From an uncultured virus (IMG/VR IMGVR_UViG_3300002835_000037) (taxonomy: Duplodnaviria; Heunggongvirae; Uroviricota; Caudoviricetes), in the IMG/VR virus record IMGVR_UViG_3300002835_000037: a stretch of 58,453 bases of DNA. One strand, written 5' to 3'. The notes under the pieces were generated by a model. It saw only the letters and a program-made list of their open reading frames with translations. It made no database searches and had not been told where the DNA came from. The translations under genes were made by a program, and so were the position numbers. Every line of letters begins with the position of its first letter. Position 1 is the stretch's first letter. Shown here piece by piece: positions 28,177-37,565 of this stretch.

Positions 28177-28596
28177 ATGAGAATATCTGTAACATATGAA
28201 AATTCCGATGTAGCAAAAGCATTGGGTAGGATAATCAAGGATTCAAATTCTGAAGAATTTGTCAAATTGATTACTCCTATGATCTGTACTAGTCAGTATG
28301 CAACTGAATATTTCTTTAAACTTATGTTAGGTAATAAACTACCTGATGTAATACCTGATGGTACATTGTGTAAAGTATCTGTAAATAGTCTTAGTTATAA
28401 TAGTAATAAAGAAGCTATCAAAGAAAGATTTGGTGATGAAGATGGAAAAGTGGTTGTTACTATAAAAGAATTTAGAGGATATCATGAGTATAGTCAGTAT
28501 CATATTGAATATACTGATGTCCTGGATAATGGTACTACAAAAAAGGACACTGTTTATGTTCAACACAAAGATTTGGAAGTAATTGAAGAGTTTTAA
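28177..28596 (+). CDS. Hypothetical protein
   Basis: 139 aa followed by a terminator. Confidence 0.7.
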   Translation: MRISVTYENSDVAKALGRIIKDSNSEEFVKLITPMICTSQYATEYFFKLMLGNKLPDVIPDGTLCKVSVNSLSYNSNKEAIKERFGDEDGKVVVTIKEFRGYHEYSQYHIEYTDVLDNGTTKKDTVYVQHKDLEVIEEF

Positions 28597-28636
28597 GAAG
28601 TGTATTTTGTAAATATGCTTTTCCAAACCAAATGAG

Positions 28637-28659
28637 AGGGGAGAGCAATCTCCCCTTTT
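28637..28659 (+). terminator. Intrinsic terminator
   Basis: AGGGGAGA-GCAA-TCTCCCCT-TTT. Confidence 0.7.
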
Positions 28660-28753
28660 CATTGTTTAGCTATATAGTGCTAAATATTATTATTAAAAGG
28701 CTTAAAGTTTCATTTAGATAGTATATTTTTATCTGCATATTTATTATGTAATA

Positions 28754-29026
28754 ATGCTATATCAACTTCCTAATGGAAAAGTAGTTTATCTTAGTATAGA
28801 AGAATATCTAAATCTTAGTGATGAAGATATTCAATATTTAATGTCTATAGACTACGGTGAATATATGCCTGATCCTTTTGCAGACTCTGCAATTAATAAA
28901 AAATCCAAAGAAGAATATTATGATTTTGAATATTATCCGCAAGATGATGAAGCTATAAACAACATTGCAGCTGATGATATTCCTTTTGATGATATTATTG
29001 ATTTATCAGATAACTTGGATATATAA
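28754..29026 (+). CDS. Acidic hypothetical protein
   Basis: 90 aa, very D/E-rich. Confidence 0.7.
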   Translation: MLYQLPNGKVVYLSIEEYLNLSDEDIQYLMSIDYGEYMPDPFADSAINKKSKEEYYDFEYYPQDDEAINNIAADDIPFDDIIDLSDNLDI

Positions 29027-29049
29027 TCTTATAGATTATTTTACTTATT

Positions 29050-29088
29050 GCTAGCTTGAGTAACTAGCTTTATAGTACATCTACTCAA
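29050..29088 (+). ncRNA. Repeated H-type pseudoknot motif, copy 4
   Basis: GCTAG-CTTGAGTAA-CTAGC-13 nt-TACTCAA. Confidence 0.45.
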
Positions 29089-29127
29089 AACATCAATTTA
29101 TTTATTAACTTTTTTAAAATTTACATT

Positions 29128-29601
29128 ATGAACTCAAAAGTTTTTGTAATGGCCGATGAAACAGGCTCTGTTATTAATGTTTCAGAAAATAATTCAGATT
29201 ATGGTTATGTACGTGTACAACAAACTAGAACTATGATTGATGACAACGGATTTATCCGTAGAAAAAGCATCAGTGCCCTAATGCCCGGGCTATTTGAAGA
29301 TTTAAAAGAAATGAATCTTTATGCTAATCAAGCTTTAGATGGTAAAATTGTTATTGAAGAGTCTTTAAGTCCTTTCAATAAAAAGAATCCAGAACGTGAT
29401 TTGAAAATTGCTGGTGAGACAGGTATTGTATGTACATTAGGTGGACTTCCAATCTACCGTAGAACTAAATTTACATTTAATGAATCAGCAGTAGATGTTA
29501 CTGTAGACCATGACAATGTAGATGAGTTGCGTTCAGCTTATGCTGCTCAAGAGAAAGTTAAAGCTATGCAACCTAATGAAGATTTCTCTATAGAGGGTTA
29601 A
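29128..29601 (+). CDS. Hypothetical protein
   Basis: 157 aa; terminator ACAGAGGGGCA-GCAA-TGTCCCTCTGT follows. Confidence 0.75.
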   Translation: MNSKVFVMADETGSVINVSENNSDYGYVRVQQTRTMIDDNGFIRRKSISALMPGLFEDLKEMNLYANQALDGKIVIEESLSPFNKKNPERDLKIAGETGIVCTLGGLPIYRRTKFTFNESAVDVTVDHDNVDELRSAYAAQEKVKAMQPNEDFSIEG

Positions 29602-29668
29602 TATATCTTTGTTTAAAACTACAGAGGGGCAGCAATGTCCCTCTGTTTTATTTATGAATTAAAAATGT

Positions 29669-30157
29669 ATGATTAAAATGGAAAAGCTAAAAAAACAAAT
29701 CAATGATTATCAGTTGTATACAGGTAATACTTATATGCAATATGAACAGGATACTTACAATTCTTATCAAAACTATCTTTATAAAAGAGCTCTCTATGGA
29801 ATTCAAGCTATAGATGAAAAAGAGCTTACTACTATGTGTAGTAAAAAAAAACAACGGATTGTAAATGTTTATAAAAGAGCTCAATCTGTATTAAACATTG
29901 CTAAACAAAAAGTTACAATTCATTACACTAATTTGTTGTTTAAACAATTGTTTCCAACAAGTCCTTTTACTGAAATGTTATTAAAAGAATCTGAAACAGA
30001 CATTTCTTTTAAAAATACTTTGACATTTAAAGATCTAAACATGAAGAAAGAAGATATTATTTTTATCTTTATGTCTGAAGGTATACTACCAAAAAACTTT
30101 TTAAATCTAACTAAAGAGCCTGTAACGTTACCGAGATTAAAAAATGAAAAAACTTAA
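29669..30157 (+). CDS. Hypothetical protein
   Basis: 162 aa. Confidence 0.7.
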   Translation: MIKMEKLKKQINDYQLYTGNTYMQYEQDTYNSYQNYLYKRALYGIQAIDEKELTTMCSKKKQRIVNVYKRAQSVLNIAKQKVTIHYTNLLFKQLFPTSPFTEMLLKESETDISFKNTLTFKDLNMKKEDIIFIFMSEGILPKNFLNLTKEPVTLPRLKNEKT

Positions 30158-30545
30158 AGAATGTGATGGTTGTCAAAAGATGACTGTTATTTGGAAAAAC
30201 CATGAGGGATTCAGGTATTGCAAACAATGCTGGAGTTGCCACAAAAGCAAAAATAATACACAGAAACCAACAAATTCTGGTATCCCTCTGGTTTCTTCTA
30301 AAAGAAAAAAGAAAGATGCTGAGTATCTCAAACTAAGAGAAAGATATCTTACTGAAAACTCTTTGTGTATGGTGAAGGTGAACGGATGTAGTCATATGGC
30401 TACTGATGTTCACCATACATATGCAGGAGCCAACAGAGATGCTTTCTATTTAGTTCAGAGCACTTGGCGGGCTACTTGTAGAAATTGTCATGATTGGGTG
30501 CACAAATTTCCAAAAGAAGCTAGAATAATGAATTGGTTAAAATGA
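30144..30545 (+). CDS. Zn-binding HNH-like protein
   Basis: CxxC pairs; DVHH...CRNCHDWVH. Confidence 0.7.
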   Translation: MKKLKECDGCQKMTVIWKNHEGFRYCKQCWSCHKSKNNTQKPTNSGIPLVSSKRKKKDAEYLKLRERYLTENSLCMVKVNGCSHMATDVHHTYAGANRDAFYLVQSTWRATCRNCHDWVHKFPKEARIMNWLK

Positions 30546-30557
30546 TTACTAAAATTT

Positions 30558-31301
30558 ATGATTATGAAAATGATTGGAAAAGAATTAAAAATTAAACACG
30601 TATCTGATTACTCAAAATTTGCTGTATTACCTATGAACAGAGGTATTGATAGCAAGCATGTACAAAAAATGATAGCAAGTATCCGTAAAATGGGAGTGCT
30701 TAGATGTGTAATTACTTGCACTACAGATATTATTGAAGGTATACTGAAAACTTACATTATTGATGGTCAGCATTTGGCCACAGCATTAGAAAGAGAAGGT
30801 ATGCCTATACCATACATTGACATTGTAATTGAATCAGAAGAGGATTTAGTTGAGAAAATGGCATATTTAAACAATTCTTCTAAGTCTTGGGACTTGATGA
30901 ATTATATCAATGCTTGGAAAATGATCCGTCCAGATTATATGAAGTTATTCAAATGGAAAAACATGTATGACATAGAGATTACCATGCTTGCTATAATTGG
31001 TGTAAATAATGCAGGAATTAGACAAGGTACTTCAAAAATTAAAACTGGTGAATTCAAGATCACCAACTCTAGAGCAGAGGAGATGTGTAAAGCATTTAAT
31101 GATATCTTTTTAAAGATAGGAATGTCTGATAGAGCAGTAAAGTTTCAGTTTTTGACAGCATTTATGCAAGCATACGGAAATTATAATCATGCTAAAGTAT
31201 TAGCTAACATTGACAAGCATCTCAAAACTGTAAAACTTATGACTACAGGAGATGAGACTGGTCAATATATTAGAAAACAAATCTTTAATTTACCAAAATG
31301 A
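30558..31301 (+). CDS. ParB/Srx-like domain protein
   Basis: NRGID..HV..M..SI, YIIDGQH. Confidence 0.65.
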   Translation: MIMKMIGKELKIKHVSDYSKFAVLPMNRGIDSKHVQKMIASIRKMGVLRCVITCTTDIIEGILKTYIIDGQHLATALEREGMPIPYIDIVIESEEDLVEKMAYLNNSSKSWDLMNYINAWKMIRPDYMKLFKWKNMYDIEITMLAIIGVNNAGIRQGTSKIKTGEFKITNSRAEEMCKAFNDIFLKIGMSDRAVKFQFLTAFMQAYGNYNHAKVLANIDKHLKTVKLMTTGDETGQYIRKQIFNLPK

Positions 31302-32392
31302 CAAAAGATGAAATACAAGCACAAGCTTTAGAAGCTACAAAAACTAAGAATAGATGTAGTATAGTTTTGGGTACCGGAGTAGGTAAAACTTTGGTTGGTC
31401 TTAACCACATGAGTAAGAATTCAACTTCTTTAATGAGAATTCTAGTGGTGGCTCCAAAAAAATCTATTTTTCAATCTTGGAAGGATGATGCTATAAAGTT
31501 TGGCATGGATGATCTTTTATCAAGTATAACATTTACCACATACTTAAGTCTCAACAAGTGTAATCCAAATGATTATGCGTTGGTTTATCTAGATGAAGCT
31601 CATAGTTTACTAGATAGTCACAGAAGTTTTCTTGAAACTTATAAAGGGAAGATACTTGGTCTAACAGGTACTCCTCCTAAGTACAAGAATTCTGAAAAAG
31701 GCCGTCTAGTAGCTGAGTTTTGTCCAGTTGTATTTACTTTTGGTGCAGATGATGCTATAGAAAATAAAATCTTAAATGATTATACCATCTATGTTCACAT
31801 GCTCAAACTAAATAGTGGAAACAATTACTTAGTTGAGAATAAAAACAAAAAATTCCTTACTTCTGAGGAGAAGAATTACAACTATTGGTGCAATAGAATA
31901 GATACAGGAAATGGGCCAGCCCATATTTTAAGAGTTATGAGAATGAAAGCTATGATGGAATATCCTTCCAAAGAAAAATATGCAAAGCTTTTGTTTCACT
32001 CTATAAATAGTAAATGTATCCTTTTTGCTAATACTCAAGATCAAGCTGATAAGCTTTGTTCTAGCAGTTATCACAGTAATAATCCTAAATCAGAAGAAAA
32101 TCTTCAGATGTTTAAGACCGGTCAGATTAATAAATTATCTACTGTGCTTCAATTGAATGAAGGTGTAAATATCCCAAACCTTAAACAAGGCATAATTATG
32201 CATGCTTATGGTAATGAACGTAAGGCTAGTCAGCGTATTGGGAGGCTTCTCAGATTAAACCCTGATGATAAAGCTATAGTACACATATTATGTTATGTAG
32301 ATACCGTAGATGAAAAATGGGTTACTGAAGCTTTGGAAGGTTTTGATCAAAGTAAAATTGTATGGAAAGATTTCGGGGTTAACTTAGGTTAA
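31298..32392 (+). CDS. Superfamily 2 (DEAH) helicase
   Basis: GTGVGKT, DEAH, LTGTP, EGVNIP, QRIGR. Confidence 0.9.
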   Translation: MTKDEIQAQALEATKTKNRCSIVLGTGVGKTLVGLNHMSKNSTSLMRILVVAPKKSIFQSWKDDAIKFGMDDLLSSITFTTYLSLNKCNPNDYALVYLDEAHSLLDSHRSFLETYKGKILGLTGTPPKYKNSEKGRLVAEFCPVVFTFGADDAIENKILNDYTIYVHMLKLNSGNNYLVENKNKKFLTSEEKNYNYWCNRIDTGNGPAHILRVMRMKAMMEYPSKEKYAKLLFHSINSKCILFANTQDQADKLCSSSYHSNNPKSEENLQMFKTGQINKLSTVLQLNEGVNIPNLKQGIIMHAYGNERKASQRIGRLLRLNPDDKAIVHILCYVDTVDEKWVTEALEGFDQSKIVWKDFGVNLG

Positions 32393-32416
32393 CCCTATTT
32401 TTAATTATATTATAGT

Positions 32417-32671
32417 ATGGAAAATACAAAAACACATAAGTTAGTATTGCATAATGATAAATCTAATGATTTTTTATATGTAATAGCTTGCTTGATTAAA
32501 ATATGCAATCAAAATCCAATTCAGGCAGAACAATGCGCTATTTTAACACATTATAAAGGAAAATATCCTATTAAAACAGGAGATTTTAGTGAGTTATTAG
32601 ACTTACATCACTCCTTTAAAGAGTTAGATTTAAAAACTGAAGTTGAAAGTTATGAAAGTTATATGTATTGA
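32417..32671 (+). CDS. clpS: ClpS-like adaptor
   Basis: LVLHND..N.F.YVI..L...C...QAEQCA...HYKGK. Confidence 0.8.
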   Translation: MENTKTHKLVLHNDKSNDFLYVIACLIKICNQNPIQAEQCAILTHYKGKYPIKTGDFSELLDLHHSFKELDLKTEVESYESYMY

Positions 32672-32912
32672 TTCAAGCAACAAACCTGCAAAAATATCAT
32701 TAGATGAATGGGTAAAAGAAGGTGCTGTATATACAGTAATTCTTGCTTTAAATATGGGTTTACAACCGGGAAAAATTGGATTTAAACTTAAAGAAATTCA
32801 GCTAACAGAAAAATCTTTTCCTTATGAATGTTATGATGCATCCAGATTTGTACCAGTAGACTATAATCAACAAGAAGTTTTAGAAGAAAATTTAGAATTA
32901 ACAATCAATTAG
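32652..32912 (+). CDS. Hypothetical protein
   Basis: MKVICID...YDASRF. Confidence 0.65.
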   Translation: MKVICIDSSNKPAKISLDEWVKEGAVYTVILALNMGLQPGKIGFKLKEIQLTEKSFPYECYDASRFVPVDYNQQEVLEENLELTIN

Positions 32913-32913
32913 T

Positions 32914-33363
32914 ATGAAAAAATATAATAAAGATGATGTAATTAATGAGTTATTAAAATTAGCTAACAAACAAAGATTACAAGTAGTAGTTGATCAAAGA
33001 TCTTATCTCATTGCTATTTTAATTTATAAGTTTTCTATGACAGAACAATCTGTTGCTGATGCTACAGGTTTATCTAGAATTAGAGTACATTACAATAAAA
33101 AATTAGCAATTAATTTTTATGAACATGTAAGTTTTCAAAAGCACACCGAGGTATATCAAAATCTATTTCCTTTTGATTTTAATGCAGTTGCTGATAAATT
33201 AACTGAAAAAGCAAAAACTAATAGAAAAAATGAAGTTACTATATTTTTAGATGATGTAACTTTTTCAAAGTTAAAAGATGTAGGTGCCATCTTAGGTCAC
33301 GCACAAATAACAGCTACTATGAAATTATTTATAGAAAAAGGGTTAAGATTATGGGAAAAATGA
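32914..33363 (+). CDS. Hypothetical protein (possible HTH)
   Basis: TEQSVADATGLSR. Confidence 0.6.
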   Translation: MKKYNKDDVINELLKLANKQRLQVVVDQRSYLIAILIYKFSMTEQSVADATGLSRIRVHYNKKLAINFYEHVSFQKHTEVYQNLFPFDFNAVADKLTEKAKTNRKNEVTIFLDDVTFSKLKDVGAILGHAQITATMKLFIEKGLRLWEK

Positions 33364-33548
33364 AAGATTTTTATATCAAATTACTTAATAAAAATAAAGG
33401 TTGTCCTGAGCAAATGACGATTGCAGACATGGTTGAAATGCAAGAATTAAATATGTATAATTGGAAAGAATATGAGCAATTACAAGAAAAAAGGAGAATC
33501 TCCGAAAATGAAAAAAGTAATGGAAACTATGAAAATAAGAGAGATTAA
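33351..33548 (+). CDS. Hypothetical protein
   Basis: 65 aa. Confidence 0.5.
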   Translation: MGKMKDFYIKLLNKNKGCPEQMTIADMVEMQELNMYNWKEYEQLQEKRRISENEKSNGNYENKRD

Positions 33549-33813
33549 ATCAAAAAAAAATATTTCTAAATTTTCAATGACTGAAAAAACAGTAAAAAGA
33601 ATAAATAATGAAGAAGGGGATTAAACCCAATAAGATTAATAAAGATGTTATTTTAAAAAACGTTATTTATAAAAATTATGCTGTCTTCTTGAGAAAAAGA
33701 CTAGGTAAAAAACGGACCATAGGAAAAGTGAAGATTGGTACAGCATAGAGGACTTCTCATCCTCAAATTTAGTCAGGTGGCGTAAAATTGTTAAATACTT
33801 AAAAACAAATAAT

Positions 33814-34164
33814 ATGGAAAATTTACAGAAAGACTTTTTACATTATGAGTTAGCTTTAAAGATGAAGCAACTTGGATTTGATGAACCTTGTTTAGGATAT
33901 TGGAGAAATGAAGATTTACCAAATCCTATAACTATAGGTCAATATACTACTAAAGAAGATATAGAGTATGAAATTAGTGGTCAAGATGAGTATCATAATT
34001 TTAAAAATATAATTGCACTTGCACCACTATACCAACAAGCATTTAGATGGTTATATCAGAAATTAAGTATTGAAAATGGTACAATGCCTTTAAATACTGA
34101 AACTCAACAGTTATTACTAAAAGAATTAATAGACAAAGTGTCATCTAAACACTTGTTGGTATAA
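33814..34164 (+). CDS. Hypothetical protein (N-terminal half of an apparently split gene)
   Basis: YELALKMKQLGFDEPC...APLYQQAFRW. Confidence 0.65.
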   Translation: MENLQKDFLHYELALKMKQLGFDEPCLGYWRNEDLPNPITIGQYTTKEDIEYEISGQDEYHNFKNIIALAPLYQQAFRWLYQKLSIENGTMPLNTETQQLLLKELIDKVSSKHLLV

Positions 34165-34183
34165 TTTTTGTAGAGTATATAGT

Positions 34184-34840
34184 ATGAAAACATACATATA
34201 TGTACTTAAACATCCTGAAACTTTTGAAGTAAAGTATGTTGGTAAAACTAATAATATAAAAAGAAGATTTGCTCAACATAAAAGTAAAAAGTGTTTGGAA
34301 AAAACAGGAAGTAAAAAATTAGCTTCTTGGATATTTAAATTATTGTCAAATGATTTACTTCCTATAATGGAAATTATAGAAGAGTGTAATGATAATTGGG
34401 CAGAAAGAGAAAAATATTGGATTTCTTATTACTCTAACACTAACCTATGTAATTTATCAGAGGGTGGTGAAGGAGTAGGTCACAATAATTCTACTAAAAG
34501 TAAAATTAAAAATGCTTTGCTTGGTAGAAAAAGAAGTGATGAAGAAAAACAAGCAATATCTAAAGCAATGATAGGTTTAAAAAGAGGTAAATATTCTACA
34601 TCTAATGGTCATAAAGAAAGATACAAAAACCTTGAAGAAAGAAAAAAACACTCTATTAAACTTAGAAAAAAAGTAGGACAATATGATTTAGAGAACAATT
34701 TGATACAAGAGTTTGAGTCTGCAAGAGAAGCATCAAGACAACTTAATATAGATTGTGGTTCTATTTCTAAATGTTGTAGAAACAAACAAAAACAATGTAG
34801 TGGATTCACTTTTAAATACATAACAAATGAAAATATTTAA
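34184..34840 (+). CDS. Free-standing GIY-YIG homing endonuclease (NUMOD repeats)
   Basis: YIYVL...KYVGKT...RRF.QH; VGQYDL...EFESAREA. Confidence 0.85.
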   Translation: MKTYIYVLKHPETFEVKYVGKTNNIKRRFAQHKSKKCLEKTGSKKLASWIFKLLSNDLLPIMEIIEECNDNWAEREKYWISYYSNTNLCNLSEGGEGVGHNNSTKSKIKNALLGRKRSDEEKQAISKAMIGLKRGKYSTSNGHKERYKNLEERKKHSIKLRKKVGQYDLENNLIQEFESAREASRQLNIDCGSISKCCRNKQKQCSGFTFKYITNENI

Positions 34841-35135
34841 AGAATTAAAAAAACTTGGTTATATACATTATTCCGCTACTACAATAGAAGAGTTAGATGA
34901 TTTACCATTAAATAGTGCTGAAAGAGTTTCAGAACAAGCTTTGGCTTTAAGATGGTTTAGAGAGAAGTATCAATCACACTCAACTATTACATCTATAAGT
35001 CAAGAATCTTGGCAATGGCACATCACAAAACCTGGAGAATCATTAGGTAAATTATATGATGAAGATTTTTATACTTACGAGGAAGCAGAACTTGCTTGCT
35101 TGGTCAAGTTGATAGATATTATAGAAAATAAATAG
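34827..35135 (+). CDS. Hypothetical protein (C-terminal half of an apparently split gene)
   Basis: LRWFREKY...TYEEAELACLVKLI. Confidence 0.65.
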   Translation: MKIFKELKKLGYIHYSATTIEELDDLPLNSAERVSEQALALRWFREKYQSHSTITSISQESWQWHITKPGESLGKLYDEDFYTYEEAELACLVKLIDIIENK

Positions 35136-35139
35136 TAAT

Positions 35140-35382
35140 ATGGAAAAAATACCAACAGCAGCAGAATGGTTAACATCCTTTGGTGCTGATGCTGATGATA
35201 TGTTTTATAAACACTCAGTAGAAGAAGCAATGATTGAATTTGCTAAACTTCATGTAGAAGCTACATTGAAAGATGTAGAACAACAATTAATTGATGCATT
35301 AGATGATCATTTAATGTTAGAAGAAAATATTTGTGATGTTATAGAAAACATAAATAATTACTCATTAGAAAATGTTAAGTAA
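35140..35382 (+). CDS. Hypothetical protein
   Basis: IPTAAEW...AMIEFAKLHVEA. Confidence 0.65.
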   Translation: MEKIPTAAEWLTSFGADADDMFYKHSVEEAMIEFAKLHVEATLKDVEQQLIDALDDHLMLEENICDVIENINNYSLENVK

Positions 35383-35395
35383 TAAAAAATAAGAA

Positions 35396-36292
35396 ATGAT
35401 TAATAAAATAAATAGAAAGTCTATGATTATTAGACCTTCTTTTAGATCAACTGATTTCTTAACCCCAACTATAATAATGGGTTGCGGTTTTCAATGCTCT
35501 TATTGTTATTGTAAAAGATATAAAACAGAAGGTGTAGATGTAGCAACTAATATTAATGATATACTTACAGAAATTAATCATCATGTATGGTTTGCTGATG
35601 TAGAAAAACCTAATCAAACTCATCCTGAGTTTATAAGTTATGATTTAGGATGTAATTCAGATATGGCTCTACATGCTAAACATTATGACTGGGAAAAAGT
35701 TTTTAGTTTTTTTAGAGATCACCCTCTTGCTATGGGTTCATTTGCTACCAAGTATGTAAATAGTGAATTACTAAAATTTAATCCAGAAGGAAAAATTAGA
35801 ATTAGATTTAGCTTGATGCCAGAAGATTGGCGAGAGTTATTAGAACCAAATACATCAGATATTAATTTAAGGCTTAATGCAGTTCCTAGATTTATAGATG
35901 CTGGTTATGAAGTTCATTTAAACTTTAGTCCTGTTATTGTTCATGACAATTGGTTAGATAAATATAGACATCTATTTAATTTAGTTGCTCATCATGCAAG
36001 AACAAACAATTGGGATAATAACTCTGTTAAGGCTGAAGTAATATTTCTTACTCATAATGAAGGAAAACACAAGTATAATCTAGCTCATAAGCTCCCAGGA
36101 GAACATTTATTATGGGTACCTAAAATACAGGAAAGGAAAATATCACAGTATGGTGGAGAAAATATTAGGTATGAGCATAATAGAAAAGCTGACTATATCA
36201 AACAATTTATTGAACTTCATGATGAGATAATCCCTTGGAATACAATTAGGTATTGTTTTACTTTTTTATTACTTTTGTCTCAAATTGTATAA
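35396..36292 (+). CDS. Spore photoproduct lyase-like radical SAM protein
   Basis: GCGFQCSYCY (CxxxCxxC), FATK, RIRFSLMP, VHLNFSPVI. Confidence 0.8.
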   Translation: MINKINRKSMIIRPSFRSTDFLTPTIIMGCGFQCSYCYCKRYKTEGVDVATNINDILTEINHHVWFADVEKPNQTHPEFISYDLGCNSDMALHAKHYDWEKVFSFFRDHPLAMGSFATKYVNSELLKFNPEGKIRIRFSLMPEDWRELLEPNTSDINLRLNAVPRFIDAGYEVHLNFSPVIVHDNWLDKYRHLFNLVAHHARTNNWDNNSVKAEVIFLTHNEGKHKYNLAHKLPGEHLLWVPKIQERKISQYGGENIRYEHNRKADYIKQFIELHDEIIPWNTIRYCFTFLLLLSQIV

Positions 36293-36294
36293 TT

Positions 36295-36882
36295 ATGGGA
36301 ACAAAAGAAATAAACATTACAGGTCAGAAATTCAATAAGTTAACAGCAATTAATTATGCCGGTAGTGAAAAATGGGTGTTTGAATGTGAATGCGGAAATT
36401 TTATTATTAAAAACGCTAGTGATGTAAAAAGAGGTAAAACAAAATCTTGTTCTAAATTATGTACTACAGGTAATCCAAGTAAACATCCTTTGTATCAAAC
36501 TTGGGATGGAATTAAAAAAAGATGCTATCAAGTAGGAGCAACTGGATACAGTAACTATGGTGGTAGAGGTATTAAGATGTGTGATGAATGGAAAAATTCA
36601 TTTTGGATTTTTGTAAGTGATATGGGTAATAAACCTTTCTCAGCTTCAACAATTGAGAGAATTGATAATAATGCTGACTATTGTAAAGAAAATTGTATTT
36701 GGGCAACTCCTAAAGAACAAGCTTCAAATAGAAGGAATAATATCTATGTCACTTATCAAGATGAAGTCTATACTCTTTATACTATTTGTAAGTTATTAAA
36801 GCTTAAACATAGCACCATTTACTGGAGATTACAAAGAACTTCATTATCTCCACAAGAGTACTTTGAGAAAAACATATTTTAA
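36295..36882 (+). CDS. HNH-type homing endonuclease
   Basis: CECG, W..IKKRC, YGGRGI.MC.EW, IERIDN..DY..ENC.WAT..EQ..NRR; ATG 36295 preferred. Confidence 0.85.
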   Translation: MGTKEINITGQKFNKLTAINYAGSEKWVFECECGNFIIKNASDVKRGKTKSCSKLCTTGNPSKHPLYQTWDGIKKRCYQVGATGYSNYGGRGIKMCDEWKNSFWIFVSDMGNKPFSASTIERIDNNADYCKENCIWATPKEQASNRRNNIYVTYQDEVYTLYTICKLLKLKHSTIYWRLQRTSLSPQEYFEKNIF

Positions 36883-36884
36883 CT

Positions 36885-37163
36885 ATGACACTAAGAGATA
36901 CGGAATTAATAGGTAAAAAACTTGTAAAACATGGATTTTTTAGATCAGCTAAAGATCATCAAGCTTATAGATTTAATGGAGTTAGCGGGTCTATATCATT
37001 ATATTTTAATAAATCAGGAGAAACTTGGAAAGCTTTATTTATTCATGCAATAGATTATCACACATTAGTTGAATTTGATCATCATGAAGCTGTATTTACT
37101 CCAGAGTGGATAATAGAAGAACATAAGAAGTTACAAGCAATATTTAAACTTTTAAGATTATGA
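36885..37163 (+). CDS. Hypothetical protein
   Basis: 92 aa. Confidence 0.65.
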   Translation: MTLRDTELIGKKLVKHGFFRSAKDHQAYRFNGVSGSISLYFNKSGETWKALFIHAIDYHTLVEFDHHEAVFTPEWIIEEHKKLQAIFKLLRL

Positions 37164-37561
37164 TAAAAAATTTTAGTGATGTAAAAATAAAAAAACTTAT
37201 ACAAGATATATGTAATGAGCATGTCGCTGTTTCTAGATCAGAAGATAGCAATATTGGATATTTATGGCTAATGTATGCATCAGGTACGAAAAAAGGTCAG
37301 TTTAGACCATTCATTTTTTTAGCAGAATTAAACTTACTTTTGAAAACTGATTGTATAAAAAAAGATGAACAACATAATTTAATAAAAATGCTTACAAGTT
37401 CTGACTCAGATAATAGTTATCTTACAGCTTATTCCATTATTACTTTAAGAAATCAAAGAATTAAGAATATGGGCTTATGGACTTTAGAAAATGATAAGTA
37501 TAAAGATGTAAATTATATTAGAGATATACTAAATACAGATATGTTTTTACTAAACAGTTAA
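37160..37561 (+). CDS. Hypothetical protein
   Basis: 133 aa; ATGA overlap. Confidence 0.65.
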   Translation: MIKNFSDVKIKKLIQDICNEHVAVSRSEDSNIGYLWLMYASGTKKGQFRPFIFLAELNLLLKTDCIKKDEQHNLIKMLTSSDSDNSYLTAYSIITLRNQRIKNMGLWTLENDKYKDVNYIRDILNTDMFLLNS

Positions 37562-37565
37562 TAAA

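Noticed and set aside
33402..33420. Further copy of the pseudoknot motif (GTC-CTGAGCAAAT-GAC)
   Set aside because: Inside a CDS and no complementary TGCTC tail
33748..33785. tRNA gene (GAGGA-CTTCTCA-TCCTC arm and AGTCAGGTGGCGTAA 5' end)
   Set aside because: Only fragments; no T arm or acceptor 3' strand; at most a relic
34165..34840. Group I intron around the GIY-YIG at 34184
   Set aside because: No room for and no trace of P/Q/R/S elements; the flanks are coding
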